A DNA stretch of 43,207 bases from positions 1 to 43,207 of the forward strand of contig CAZXIT010000002.1 in NCBI GenBank assembly GCA_964640775.1, in the 5' to 3' direction. Source of the stretch: an uncultured Candidatus Saccharibacteria bacterium. Its GTDB lineage: Bacteria > Patescibacteriota > Saccharimonadia > Saccharimonadales > UBA4665. The notes beneath the pieces were generated by a model that made no database searches, was not told where the DNA came from, and saw only the letters and a list, made by a program, of their open reading frames with translations. The position numbers and the translations under genes are program-made. Shown piece by piece: positions 17,677 to 27,462 of the stretch (the stretch's first letter is position 1; each line of letters opens with the position of its first letter).

Positions 17677-20600
17677 TGCAGGTCTACCGTGGCACCCTGG
17701 CGCTATCGGATTTTCGCAGGACCAAACTACTCGCCCGCCTGCAAGCTATCGACAGCTCAATCGCTGATATCGGCGCCGAGTACCTTCACTTGGTCGACGC
17801 CAGCGAGGAGATCTCCGGCGAAGCCGAAAAACGCCTCCAGCAGCTGACCGCTTACGGGACTGCTTTTTCCGGCGGCCGCGAAGGTGTATTATTCCTGGCA
17901 GTACCGCGGCCCGGGACCATTTCACCCTGGTCCAGCAAAGCCACCGACATTGTCCATAATTCCGGGCTGTCAGAAGTCAAGCGCCTAGAACGAGGAATTG
18001 CATACTATGTGACGGGCAGCAGTTCGCAGCACCGCGAGGCAATCGCCGGCCTGCTGCACGACCGGATGACTGAAATTGTCTTGTCAGAAGTAGTGGCGGC
18101 CGAGATTTTATTTGAAACCACCGCACCAGCACCGCTGAGCACCGTCGGCCTGTTACATGGCGGAAAAGACGCTTTGGCAGCTGCTAATAAAACCTTGGGA
18201 CTGGCATTGGCCGATGACGAGGTTGACTACCTTTATGAAGCCTACTCCCGGCTGGGGCGTGACCCCACCGATGTCGAATTGATGATGTTCGCCCAGGTCA
18301 ACAGCGAGCACTGCCGGCACAAGGTCTTTAACGCCGACTGGGTAATTGACGGCCAGCCCCAGCCCAAAAGCCTGTTTAAAATGATTAAAAACACCTACGA
18401 GAAGGGGGGCCAGGACGTCCTGTCGGCCTACCATGACAATGCCGCCGTGCTGCGCGGCCCCACCGCCGGCCGTTTTTTTAGCGACCCGGCCAGCGGACAG
18501 TATGGCTACCATCGGGAGCCGGTGCACACCGTTATCAAAGTCGAAACTCACAACCACCCGACAGCCATCGCGCCTGTGCCGGGAGCGGCCACCGGCATCG
18601 GCGGCGAGATTCGCGACGAAGCTGCCACCGGCCGGGGAGCAAAATCCAAAATGGGCTTGGCCGGCTTCACAGTGTCAAACCTAGAAATTCCTGGCGCGCT
18701 GCGGCCGTGGGAGCAGCCATACGGCAAACCGGACCGCATCGTTTCACCTCTCGACATCATGCTGGATGCCCCGATCGGCGGGGCTGGCTTTGCTAATGAA
18801 TTCGGCCGGCCCAACCTAGCCGGCTATTTTCGGACGTACCAGCAGCAGGCAGGGGACCAAGTCTGGGGCTACCACAAGCCGATCATGATTGCCGGCGGCT
18901 TGGGCAATATCCGAGACCAGCATGTCGCCAAAAACCGGCTGCCGGCCGGCTCGCTGATCATCGTCCTGGGCGGTCCAGCCATGCTCATCGGCTTAGGCGG
19001 CGGGGCAGCCTCCAGCATGCAGTCCGGCAGCAGCGACGCCAGCCTGGACTTTGCCTCCGTCCAGCGGGGAAACGGCGAAATCGAACGGCGAACCCAAGAA
19101 GTAATTGACAGCTGCTGGAGTCAGGGCGACGATAATCCAATTATTACTATCCACGATGTCGGTGCCGGGGGACTGTCAAATGCCTTGCCGGAACTAGTGC
19201 ACGATTCTGACCGGGGAGCAATGTTTGAACTGCGGGATATACCGAGCGCCGAACCGGGCTTGTCGCCACTGGAAATCTGGTGCAATGAAGCCCAGGAACG
19301 CTATGTGCTCGGTATTGCCCAGGGAGACCTGGAACGATTTAGCGAGATTTGCGCGCGCGAACGGGCGCCTTTCGCCGTTGTCGGTACGGTGACCGAAGAC
19401 CGGCAGCTGGTGCTAAGCGACCGTCTATTCAATAACCATCCCGTGGACCTGCCGATGGATGTGCTATTTGGCAAGCCGCCTAAAATGACCCGTGACATTG
19501 CCCGCCAAGCCGCTGAGGACCGACCGCTAGCTATTGATACCCCGATTGACGAAGCCATTGAGCGAGTACTGAAGCTGCCGGCCGTCGGCAGCAAGAAATT
19601 CCTAATCACTATCGGTGACCGTACCGTCGGCGGCCTGGTGGCCCGCGATCAAATGATCGGGCCTTGGCAAGTCCCGGTCAGCGATGTGGCAGTTACGGCC
19701 GTCGGTTTTGACAGTCAAGCCGGCGAGGCCATGGCCATGGGCGAACGCACGCCGCTGGCAGTGACGAGCCCCGCGGCGGCAGCTCGGATGGCTATCGGTG
19801 AAACCCTCACCAACCTCATGGCCGCCGACATCGAAAAAGTATCAGATATCAAACTGTCTGCCAACTGGATGGCTGCTGTCGGCCAGAGCCAAGAAGATGA
19901 ACACTTGTACGACAGCGTTAAAGCCGTGGGTGAAGAATTCGCCCCGGCCCTGGGCCTAACCATCCCAGTCGGCAAAGATAGTCTAAGCATGCGCACCACT
20001 TGGCAAGACGGCCAGACCGCCAAGAGCGTCATTTCGCCGGTGTCGCTCATTATTACCGGTTTTTCACCGGTCAGCGATGTCCAAAAAACCTTGACTCCCC
20101 AGCTGAATACAATCGACGATACCATCCTAGTGCTTATCAATCTAGGCGCCGATACGCCGAGACTTGGCGGATCAGCCCTCGCACAAGTCTATAACCAAAT
20201 TGGCGGCCCGGCGCCCGATGCCGATGCCGCTGTACTCAAAGAAGCTTTTGCCAAACTGCGGGAGCTCAAGCACAGCGGCAAAGTTCTGGCCTATCACGAT
20301 CGCTCCGACGGCGGCTTGCTGGCGGCCGTTTTAGAGATGGCTTTTGCCAGCCGCTGCGGCCTGGACTTAGATCTTGGCGCATTAGCCGGCAGCAGTCTGG
20401 AAAAATTATTCAATGAAGAGCTTGGTGCCGTGATTCAAGTTTCCAAAACGGATGCCGGGACGGTGCTGGAGACCTTTGGCGAACGCGCGCATAGTATCGG
20501 CCGGCCAACCTCTGTTCAGAAAATCATCATCAAAGATGGCACCGACGAACTGTATCGCAATAGCCGGGCGCAGCTGGAAAGCTGGTGGAGCGACACCAGC

Positions 20601-21527
20601 TATCAGCTCCAAAAACTGCGTGATAATCCGGCCAGCGCCGAACAAGAACATGCCCAAATCCAGGACGACAAAGATCCAGGCTTAACCGCCGTTAGTGTCC
20701 CGGCAGCGTACGCTCAAAGGCACTCTCCAGCGTACACCGCCAAACCAAAGGTTGCCATTTTCCGCGAGCAAGGGGTTAACGGCCAGATCGAAATGGCCGC
20801 GGCCTTCGATCGCGCCGGATTCACAGCTGTTGACGTCCATCTCAACGACATCATCTCCGGCCGGCACAGCCTCGATGATTTTGCCGGTCTGGCGGCCTGC
20901 GGCGGCTTCAGCTATGGCGACGTCCTGGGAGCGGGCGAAGGCTGGGCTAAATCCATTTTATTCAACCAAAAACTCCGCGCCGCTTTCGTGAAATTCTTCG
21001 AGCGCCCCGATACTTTCACGCTTGGTGTCTGCAATGGCTGCCAAATGCTGGCCGCCCTTAGGCAGCTAATCCCCGGCGCTGAGCATTGGCCAGCTTTCCT
21101 CAAAAATACTTCCGAGCAATTTGAAGCCCGCCTGGTGCTGGCTCAAATCAACAAAACTCCATCGATATTTTTCAAAGGCATGGAGGGTTCTATTCTGCCG
21201 GTACCGACCGCTCACGGCGAAGGCAAAGCCGAGTTCACCAGTCCCGACCAGCTGAAAGCCGCCTTAAAAAACAACTTGGTAGCTGCCCAGTATGTCGACA
21301 ATTACGGAAAAATAACCGAAACGTACCCAGCCAACCCGGGCGGCTCGCCCCAGGGCATTACCGCCCTGACCACTCCGGACGGCCGAGCCACCATTCTGAT
21401 GCCACACCCCGAACGAGCCTTCATGACCCGCCAGCTCTCTTGGCACCCTAAAGACTGGTCCGAAGACTCGCCCTGGCTCCAAATCTTCAAAAACGCTCGA
21501 ACCTGGGTTGAAGACAATAAAAAGTAG
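17676..21527 (+). CDS. purL: phosphoribosylformylglycinamidine synthase, single-chain large form
   Basis: 1283 aa. N-terminal [10 protein letters not shown], and a C-terminal glutaminase domain with GVCNGCQML and MPHPER. The GTG start overlaps the purM stop by 1 nt. Confidence 0.95.
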   Translation: MQVYRGTLALSDFRRTKLLARLQAIDSSIADIGAEYLHLVDASEEISGEAEKRLQQLTAYGTAFSGGREGVLFLAVPRPGTISPWSSKATDIVHNSGLSEVKRLERGIAYYVTGSSSQHREAIAGLLHDRMTEIVLSEVVAAEILFETTAPAPLSTVGLLHGGKDALAAANKTLGLALADDEVDYLYEAYSRLGRDPTDVELMMFAQVNSEHCRHKVFNADWVIDGQPQPKSLFKMIKNTYEKGGQDVLSAYHDNAAVLRGPTAGRFFSDPASGQYGYHREPVHTVIKVETHNHPTAIAPVPGAATGIGGEIRDEAATGRGAKSKMGLAGFTVSNLEIPGALRPWEQPYGKPDRIVSPLDIMLDAPIGGAGFANEFGRPNLAGYFRTYQQQAGDQVWGYHKPIMIAGGLGNIRDQHVAKNRLPAGSLIIVLGGPAMLIGLGGGAASSMQSGSSDASLDFASVQRGNGEIERRTQEVIDSCWSQGDDNPIITIHDVGAGGLSNALPELVHDSDRGAMFELRDIPSAEPGLSPLEIWCNEAQERYVLGIAQGDLERFSEICARERAPFAVVGTVTEDRQLVLSDRLFNNHPVDLPMDVLFGKPPKMTRDIARQAAEDRPLAIDTPIDEAIERVLKLPAVGSKKFLITIGDRTVGGLVARDQMIGPWQVPVSDVAVTAVGFDSQAGEAMAMGERTPLAVTSPAAAARMAIGETLTNLMAADIEKVSDIKLSANWMAAVGQSQEDEHLYDSVKAVGEEFAPALGLTIPVGKDSLSMRTTWQDGQTAKSVISPVSLIITGFSPVSDVQKTLTPQLNTIDDTILVLINLGADTPRLGGSALAQVYNQIGGPAPDADAAVLKEAFAKLRELKHSGKVLAYHDRSDGGLLAAVLEMAFASRCGLDLDLGALAGSSLEKLFNEELGAVIQVSKTDAGTVLETFGERAHSIGRPTSVQKIIIKDGTDELYRNSRAQLESWWSDTSYQLQKLRDNPASAEQEHAQIQDDKDPGLTAVSVPAAYAQRHSPAYTAKPKVAIFREQGVNGQIEMAAAFDRAGFTAVDVHLNDIISGRHSLDDFAGLAACGGFSYGDVLGAGEGWAKSILFNQKLRAAFVKFFERPDTFTLGVCNGCQMLAALRQLIPGAEHWPAFLKNTSEQFEARLVLAQINKTPSIFFKGMEGSILPVPTAHGEGKAEFTSPDQLKAALKNNLVAAQYVDNYGKITETYPANPGGSPQGITALTTPDGRATILMPHPERAFMTRQLSWHPKDWSEDSPWLQIFKNARTWVEDNKK

Positions 21528-21537
21528 TTAAAAACCT

Positions 21538-22146
21538 CTAGGATTCGATGAAGGCGAGCGATTGCTGGCGCTTGGCGGCGTCAATTTTGCCCTCGGTGTG
21601 CATGATGTCGATAAACTCGCGCATTGTCATGAAGGCGTGCAGATCGTAACCCTGTTCTTTGAGGCGCTGCTTGCCGCCCTTTTGGTAGTCCAGCAGCACG
21701 ACGGCGTCCCTGACGATGAGGCCGTGGGCTTCGATTGCCGGAATGGCCTCCAGCAGCGACGTCGCCCGGGTAGTCAAATCTTCGATCATGACCACTGTTT
21801 CGCCTTTTTTAAATTCACCTTCGAGGCTTTTTTCCAGTCCGTAAGCCTTTTTGAGAGCTTCCTTGCGCATAAAAATCCAAGGCTGCTCCAGCTCCAAGCT
21901 GATAGCCCCGGCAATCGGCAGAGCGGCATAGGCCACGCCGGCCAGGCGGTCATACTTCAGGGGCTTTAATTGCTCAGCGTACAGTTTGGCGACTTTTTTC
22001 AGGGTCTTTGGATAGCTGACAAACAGACGCAGGTCAACATAAATGGGGCTAACCAGGCCGCTTTTCAGGGTAAATTCACCGAACTTAACACCTCCGATAC
22101 CGAATAGATCCAAGGCCAGCTCTTTTTTAACTTGGGTGTCACTCAT
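21538..22146 (-). CDS. pyrE: orotate phosphoribosyltransferase
   Basis: 202 aa with PRTase loop [14 protein letters not shown] 4-nt overlap with the pyrF stop. Confidence 0.9.
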   Translation of the reverse strand: MSDTQVKKELALDLFGIGGVKFGEFTLKSGLVSPIYVDLRLFVSYPKTLKKVAKLYAEQLKPLKYDRLAGVAYAALPIAGAISLELEQPWIFMRKEALKKAYGLEKSLEGEFKKGETVVMIEDLTTRATSLLEAIPAIEAHGLIVRDAVVLLDYQKGGKQRLKEQGYDLHAFMTMREFIDIMHTEGKIDAAKRQQSLAFIES

Positions 22147-22979
22147 GCCTGATGTACTCCTCTGAAGCTGTTAATTTCATCTCGCAGGCGAGCGGCTGCA
22201 GCTCGGGCTGCTTCCGCGAAATCAGGACCGTCCGAAGCGTATAGCGTCTGGCGCGACGAATTAATAATTAAGCCTCGTCCGCCGCTGTTGAGACCGGCTT
22301 TGACGGTCGCCTCGGCCTGGCCGTCCTGGGCGCCCACGCCGGGTGATAAAATAACCATTCCATCGCCGATGACTGTCCGAATTTCAGCCAGCTCTTTGGG
22401 GAAGGTTGCCCCAGCTACTACCATGCAGTTGCCGTTGGCGTTCCAGTCATTGCGCACATGTTCTGCCACGCGCAGAAACAATTTCTGCCCGTCAATGCTC
22501 AGATCTTGAAATTCGTCGGCACCGGCATTGGAGGTACGGCAGAGTACCATAATGCCTTTGTCCGCATAATCCAAGAACGGCTGCACGGCTTCGCGGCCCA
22601 TGTAGGGCTGGACAGTGACCGCGTCGGCGTCCAGGTAATCAAATGCGAACTGGGCATAATAGCTGCTGGTATTGCCGATATCGCCGCGTTTAAAATCCAG
22701 AATAATGGGGATGCCGGGGCAGGTTTGTTTGATGTAATCGCAGGTTTGTTTGAGTTCTTCGATACCGGCCGCGCCGCGTGCTTCATAAAATGCCGAGTTA
22801 GGCTTGTAGGCACAGACAAGGTCGGCAGTAGCATCAATTATAGCTTTATTAAAGGTGAAGCAGGGAGCCGCTTCGTCCGTTAGGTGAGGCGGCAATTTGG
22901 CCATATCGGGATCGAGGCCGACACACAGCAGCGAGTCATTTTTAGACACGGCAGCGTCAAGTTTCTCTAGGAAGGTCAT
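22143..22979 (-). CDS. pyrF: orotidine-5'-phosphate decarboxylase (long, type 2-like)
   Basis: Motifs LCVGLDPD and [13 protein letters not shown] moved the start from the ORF-track ATG 23081 to ATG 22979. The 34 upstream residues are Cys-rich junk that would overlap pyrD. A minus-strand TACCAT lies 8 nt upstream of 22979. Confidence 0.85.
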   Translation of the reverse strand: MTFLEKLDAAVSKNDSLLCVGLDPDMAKLPPHLTDEAAPCFTFNKAIIDATADLVCAYKPNSAFYEARGAAGIEELKQTCDYIKQTCPGIPIILDFKRGDIGNTSSYYAQFAFDYLDADAVTVQPYMGREAVQPFLDYADKGIMVLCRTSNAGADEFQDLSIDGQKLFLRVAEHVRNDWNANGNCMVVAGATFPKELAEIRTVIGDGMVILSPGVGAQDGQAEATVKAGLNSGGRGLIINSSRQTLYASDGPDFAEAARAAAARLRDEINSFRGVHQA

Positions 22980-22987
22980 CTCCTTAC

Positions 22988-22997
22988 ATGGTATCCT
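22988..22997. promoter_or_regulatory. overlapping back-to-back -10 hexamers for pyrF (TACCAT, minus) and pyrD (TATCCT, plus)
   Basis: The plus-strand sequence is ATGGTATCCT. Minus-strand TACCAT lies 8 nt upstream of the pyrF ATG. Plus-strand TATCCT lies 22 nt upstream of the pyrD ATG, with GAGGAG between them. Confidence 0.45.
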
Positions 22998-23019
22998 TAA
23001 ATAGCACGAGGAGCAACCG

Positions 23020-24117
23020 ATGCCGAAACAGCGCGCCGTATTTTTAGACCCAGCCAAGACATTTGACGACAATTTTGACAATGGCCCATTTCCGCTCGAC
23101 AGCTCCGAAACTCCTTATGAAAACACCGGCCAGCCCATCTACAGTTTTTTAGGGCACCCGCTATACTCGCCCTTTGGTATCGGCGCCGGATCGCTGCCGA
23201 CCAGCAAGCATATTGGCTACGCCTTTGAGCGCGGCTTTGACATCGTAGTCTACAAGACCCAGCGCAGCGTGCCATTCACCGTCAACCAATTCCCAAATGT
23301 CGTATACGTCGACGTCGACGGTGATTTGACGCTCGAGAAGGCCGCCGAGCCGCTTGTCGGCCACACCGTCTCTGACACGCCAATCGATAAACTGACAATT
23401 ACTAATTCCTTTGGCAACCCCTCTCGCGGACCGGAATTTTGGATCGATGACATGAAAAAAGCCGTTGCCAAACAGGGCCGCGGACAACTGCTGGTCGGCG
23501 GTGTAGTCGGCACTATCAAACCGGGCTTCAGCCAGGAAGATTATTTCGATGATTTTGCCGAAACTGCCCGGTTGATGGCCAGTACCGGCGTCCAGGCTAT
23601 CGAAGTAAATTTCTCGTGCCCCAACGTCGCCAGCGAGGGCGTGCTGTGCTATAGCCACGACTCAGTGATTAGCATTGCCCGCAAAGTCAAAGCCGTCGTC
23701 GGCGGCACACCGCTGATCGGCAAACTCGGCTACTTCGCACCCGAGCAGCAGGATCTGCTCGAACAAATTATCCTCGACAGCGTACCGTACTTGAGGGCAT
23801 ACTCGGCAATCAACACCATACCGGCCGCCGTCGTTGACGAGCAGGGCAGCCAGCTGCTGCCAGGCGAGGGCCGGCTCAAAAGCGGCATCTGCGGCGCCAG
23901 CATCAAATGGGCCGGCATCGACATGGTCAAGCGGCTTCATGCTATTCGTACAAAGCACGGCCTGGACTTTGAAATCATCGGCATCGGGGGAGTCATGAAC
24001 CCGGCAGACTTCCACGAATACCGCAATGCAGGTGCCGACATAGTGCAATCTGTCACCGCCGCTATGTGGAACCCCAATCTGGCCGCCGAGGTCAAACAGT
24101 CTCTGCGGACAGAGTAG
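23020..24117 (+). CDS. pyrD: dihydroorotate dehydrogenase, class 1-like with N-terminal extension
   Basis: Active-site loop NFSCPN, a TIM-barrel FMN-enzyme layout, and GIGGV near the C-terminus. SD GAGGAG lies 6 nt upstream. No pyrK partner is present in the window. Confidence 0.85.
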   Translation: MPKQRAVFLDPAKTFDDNFDNGPFPLDSSETPYENTGQPIYSFLGHPLYSPFGIGAGSLPTSKHIGYAFERGFDIVVYKTQRSVPFTVNQFPNVVYVDVDGDLTLEKAAEPLVGHTVSDTPIDKLTITNSFGNPSRGPEFWIDDMKKAVAKQGRGQLLVGGVVGTIKPGFSQEDYFDDFAETARLMASTGVQAIEVNFSCPNVASEGVLCYSHDSVISIARKVKAVVGGTPLIGKLGYFAPEQQDLLEQIILDSVPYLRAYSAINTIPAAVVDEQGSQLLPGEGRLKSGICGASIKWAGIDMVKRLHAIRTKHGLDFEIIGIGGVMNPADFHEYRNAGADIVQSVTAAMWNPNLAAEVKQSLRTE

Positions 24118-24670
24118 CGAGTACTCTTTTGACCAGTTGCTCGGGGTCGTTGTCAAAAATGATCTGGCCCTGGCCAGGTTTGGAGATTTTGCGAGAAAGA
24201 GCGGGCAATTCGTCGGCTATGCCGCCGCTGTTCGTCAGAACACCAATGACTTTTTGCATATCCAGCAAGTTGGTAAATTCGTTGAGGCTGCCCCAGCGTC
24301 CGGCGATGATGATGCCGGCATCACATGTGGCGCAAGCCAGGACATTGCGATATTTTTTGCAGGCCCGGGCATAGTCTATGAACTGGAAATCCGGCGGCAG
24401 GTACGAGATCTTGCCATATAGAGCAAGGTCGTTGCCGGGGTACAGTTCCCGCTGGCGAGCTTCATTCGGCGCCTCAGAAAAACCCCACACATCCGTGCCG
24501 CCGTCAGCCGCGATTTTAGCGACCTGGTAGGGTATGCCGGCGAAGGCACCGGTAATGAGAATAATTGATTCGGCATGCTTGCTGAGAGCCCGCCCCAAGG
24601 CGTCAGCCACCGGCAGCGAGGTGTTCATGTCGCCGGTGTTAGAGCCAAAAATTCCAATACTATATTTCAC
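24092..24670 (-). CDS. SLOG/LOG-like Rossmann-fold protein (TIGR00725-like), function unknown
   Basis: 192 aa with a GTG start. Motifs IGIFGS..., ITGAFAGIPYQVAKIAADGGTDVWGFS and IIIAGRWGSLNEF follow the LOG/'lysine decarboxylase-like' pattern. The canonical PGGxGTxxE motif is degenerate here (AGRWGSLNE). Confidence 0.6.
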   Translation of the reverse strand: MKYSIGIFGSNTGDMNTSLPVADALGRALSKHAESIILITGAFAGIPYQVAKIAADGGTDVWGFSEAPNEARQRELYPGNDLALYGKISYLPPDFQFIDYARACKKYRNVLACATCDAGIIIAGRWGSLNEFTNLLDMQKVIGVLTNSGGIADELPALSRKISKPGQGQIIFDNDPEQLVKRVLATLSAETV

Positions 24671-24688
24671 GCTACCTCTTATGATACG

Positions 24689-24719
24689 CCCGGCCCGGGC
24701 AGAATAACAGCCGGCCGGG
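24689..24719. repeat. GC-rich inverted repeat CCCGGCC / GGCCGGG between the divergent SLOG and arginase promoters
   Basis: 7-bp perfect arms (24689-24695 and 24713-24719) with a 17-nt spacer. The spacer region also holds the self-complementary GCCCGGGC (24693-24700). Confidence 0.5.
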
Positions 24720-24720
24720 G

Positions 24721-24729
24721 TGATACACT
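24721..24729 (+). promoter_or_regulatory. extended -10 TGaTACACT, 7 nt upstream of the arginase-like ATG
   Basis: Read directly: TGATACACT, then gtctagt, then ATG. Confidence 0.45.
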
Positions 24730-24736
24730 GTCTAGT

Positions 24737-25684
24737 ATGAGTGCAGGACCAGCCACGAAAGCGACTATCATCGGAGTGCCCCTTGATTTAGGTGCCAAAA
24801 ATCTGGGGGTAGATGTCGGGCCGCAGGCTTTTCGGCACCGGGAAATTATCTCCAAGCTGGCAGCGGCAGGGTTTGAGCTCACTGATGCCGGTGACGTCGA
24901 ATGCCGCGATCGTCAGGAGCTGGAGCCCGGCAATCCGCGCCTGCACTATCTGGATGAAATCGTGCGGGTCAACCAGGAAGTCGCCCGGCTGAGCGAGCAG
25001 GCCATCAGTCAAGGCGAAAGGGTGATCGCGCTTGGCGGTGATCATTCTATCAATCTGGGAGCGGTTAGCGGCGCTTCAGCTGCCCTGGGCGGCGAGCTTG
25101 GCTTGATCTACCTCGACGCCCACGGCGATATGAACACCGACGAAACGACGCTAACTGGCAACATCCACGGCATGCATCTGGCCTCGCTGCTTGGTTTTGG
25201 GGCGCCAGCCTTAAAAAATTTGCACGGCGAAACGGTCAAAATTGCCAAGCAGGATTTGCTGCACATTGGCGGCAGTGATTTTGACCAGGCGGAACTTGAC
25301 CTTATTAAGCGTGAAAAATTACCGGCTTTCACATTGTTTGATTTGCTAAGCCAAAACCTGGCACCGCTGCTCGCCATGATCGATAAGCTGGCCGCGCGGG
25401 TTCCGAATATCTGGGTTAGCTTGGACTTGGATGTGATTGACCGCATCTACGCCCCCGGTGCCGGCATGCCCAACGCCAAAGGCCTGACTTACCGCGAAAT
25501 CGCTACTATCGCCGAGTATATCGGCCAGCACTGCAATGTAGTCGGCATCGATGTTGTCGAGTACAACCCTTTCCAGGACGTCGAAAACAAGACCGCCGAG
25601 CTGGGTATAGAGTTGATCGCCAAATTCCTGGGCAAAGACTACAGCTGGTACACGAACTACCTCGGGAGAAACCAGGTAGGCTAA
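24737..25684 (+). CDS. rocF: arginase-family ureohydrolase (arginase-like)
   Basis: Mn-binding motifs GGDHSINLG, DAHGDMNT and SLDLDVID. GNIHGMHLA resembles Bacillus arginase. I moved the start from ORF-track 24575 to ATG 24737, which lies 7 nt after TGaTACACT. Confidence 0.82.
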   Translation: MSAGPATKATIIGVPLDLGAKNLGVDVGPQAFRHREIISKLAAAGFELTDAGDVECRDRQELEPGNPRLHYLDEIVRVNQEVARLSEQAISQGERVIALGGDHSINLGAVSGASAALGGELGLIYLDAHGDMNTDETTLTGNIHGMHLASLLGFGAPALKNLHGETVKIAKQDLLHIGGSDFDQAELDLIKREKLPAFTLFDLLSQNLAPLLAMIDKLAARVPNIWVSLDLDVIDRIYAPGAGMPNAKGLTYREIATIAEYIGQHCNVVGIDVVEYNPFQDVENKTAELGIELIAKFLGKDYSWYTNYLGRNQVG

Positions 25685-25719
25685 ACTGTGCTCACAAACT
25701 GGACAAAAAGGCATATTTC

Positions 25720-25728
25720 TGCTATTAT
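25720..25728 (+). promoter_or_regulatory. extended -10 TGcTATTAT, 6 nt upstream of the M20 amidohydrolase ATG
   Basis: Read directly: TGCTATTAT, then ttactg, then ATG. Confidence 0.45.
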
Positions 25729-25734
25729 TTACTG

Positions 25735-27462
25735 ATGTCAGCTGAGCAAAAAGTCCACGAATCCGAAGACAACGCCCTTCGCCAGGTACTTGAGCGTATT
25801 GATGGCTCAACCATCGAACGCCATCTGCTGGATTTGGCCGCCATTGGCGGCAAGCCCATTATGCCAACCCTGGAACAGCCCGAGCGCTACTCTGTCACGC
25901 GCCTGGCACTATCACCGGTCGATATACTAGCTCGAGACAAGATCATCAAGCCGTTTATGGAAGAGGTCGGCATGGAGGTCTTGAGACATCCGTTTGGTCT
26001 AATCGGTACGCTCAAAGGCAATAACCCAGAACTGTCACCCCTTGTGATTTTGTCACACACTGATTCGGTTAAAAATGGAGACATGTACGACGGTACCGTG
26101 GGTGTCATCGGACCGTTAGTCGGTGTCAAAGCTTTGGTCGAAAGCGGTGTAGAACTGGAGCGCGATATCATCATATTGGCCCTGACGGCTGAAGAATCAG
26201 CAGCGTTTGGTATGGCACTAATTGGCAGTCGCAGTATGTTTCATGGCCTGACGGACGAGGAACTCAATATGAGCAATGGTGAAGATCCTTCGCTGGCCGA
26301 AGTGCTGACAGCCCAAGAAATAGAGCAGGTTATGCAGCCGATCTTTGGCCCTCGTGGCCATGATATTCTGACGCCTTTGGCTGCAATGGAGCTGCACGTC
26401 GAGCAGGACAGCACGCTGGATAGCCGGCCAGCCGACGTTGGAATCGTCACTGCCATCGCGGCAGCTATTCGCCATGAGATTATCATTGGAGACGAAGCGC
26501 TGGCGCCGGATGAGCGAGAATATCCGCATGCCCGTTATCTGGAGCTGGCCGTTTCGGGCAAGGCTGACCATTCCGGAGCAACGCCAATGGGACAAGAGAG
26601 ACGAGCCGATGGCCTCGTTGAAACAGCCAGCGTCATTCGCTCAGTAATTGATCAGAGTGGCATTCCGGGCCTGGCTATTGGCGAGATTATTATTAACGGA
26701 CAAACTATCAACACTATCCCTGGGCACACGCGGACGATCCTTCGCGTAAGCAGCGAGAGCGACGTCGAAACGCAAGCAGCTCTGGATAGGCTCCGCACCA
26801 AGCTGGCTGAACGCAACCAGCAGCAGCGTGTATCTGGCAGCGCCTTCGACGCAAGTCATCTCAGCCTGCAGGAACTCGCAGATAAACCCGATGCCGTATT
26901 TTTCCCGCCGGAAAAAATACGCCGTCGACAGGAGGCCGCGCTGGTACTGGCCCAGATGGCCAGTGAAATCGCCACCGGCTATAGTTCGCAAAACGTCGTG
27001 AGCACGGTGACTAAGCTAAACACCACTCCGGAGGGTCGTATCAAGCTGCGGCTTGATACGCGAGGCATAGAGAAGCAGTCTAGGGACGAGGCTTTCGAAG
27101 CAATCAGGCGGCGGGCATTAGACGCGCTTGGCCCGCTGGCCGCTACCATCGCATTTAGCGAGCCACTTGCCGGCAGCGGCGACCCAGTAGACATGGAACA
27201 GAGCCTGATTAACCGAGCCCGGCTAATGATTGGCCGGCATCAGGATCTGATTGGTGAATCGATGCTGCTATTTAGCGCTGCCGGCCATGATACCCAAAAT
27301 GTCGCCCGCGCTGGCATTCCGTCGATTATGCTTTTCACTCCAAGCCGAGCAGGCGGCAAAGCCCACAACCCGGACGCCTACAGTACGCCGAAAGATTTGG
27401 AAAACGGCGTCCGGGCGCTGACCACCCTAATCTATGACCTGGCCGCTGCCGGGGCGAGCTAG
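25735..27462 (+). CDS. M20-family amidohydrolase of the allantoate amidohydrolase / N-carbamoyl-L-amino-acid hydrolase type, elongated
   Basis: Motifs align with AllC as I recall it: LSHTDSV, NGDMYDG, TAEESAAFG, ELHVEQD, HSGATPMG, SAAGHDT, AHNPDA. At 575 aa it is longer than the roughly 410 aa typical of the family. Confidence 0.78.
   Translation: MSAEQKVHESEDNALRQVLERIDGSTIERHLLDLAAIGGKPIMPTLEQPERYSVTRLALSPVDILARDKIIKPFMEEVGMEVLRHPFGLIGTLKGNNPELSPLVILSHTDSVKNGDMYDGTVGVIGPLVGVKALVESGVELERDIIILALTAEESAAFGMALIGSRSMFHGLTDEELNMSNGEDPSLAEVLTAQEIEQVMQPIFGPRGHDILTPLAAMELHVEQDSTLDSRPADVGIVTAIAAAIRHEIIIGDEALAPDEREYPHARYLELAVSGKADHSGATPMGQERRADGLVETASVIRSVIDQSGIPGLAIGEIIINGQTINTIPGHTRTILRVSSESDVETQAALDRLRTKLAERNQQQRVSGSAFDASHLSLQELADKPDAVFFPPEKIRRRQEAALVLAQMASEIATGYSSQNVVSTVTKLNTTPEGRIKLRLDTRGIEKQSRDEAFEAIRRRALDALGPLAATIAFSEPLAGSGDPVDMEQSLINRARLMIGRHQDLIGESMLLFSAAGHDTQNVARAGIPSIMLFTPSRAGGKAHNPDAYSTPKDLENGVRALTTLIYDLAAAGAS

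Noticed and set aside
22980-22989. A minimal start-stop (ATG-TAA) followed by GGAG directly abutting the pyrF ATG on the minus strand.
   Set aside because: A GGAG with zero spacing is a poor SD. The simpler reading is a TACCAT -10 located 8 nt upstream, giving a leaderless pyrF, which matches the pattern seen at about ten other genes.
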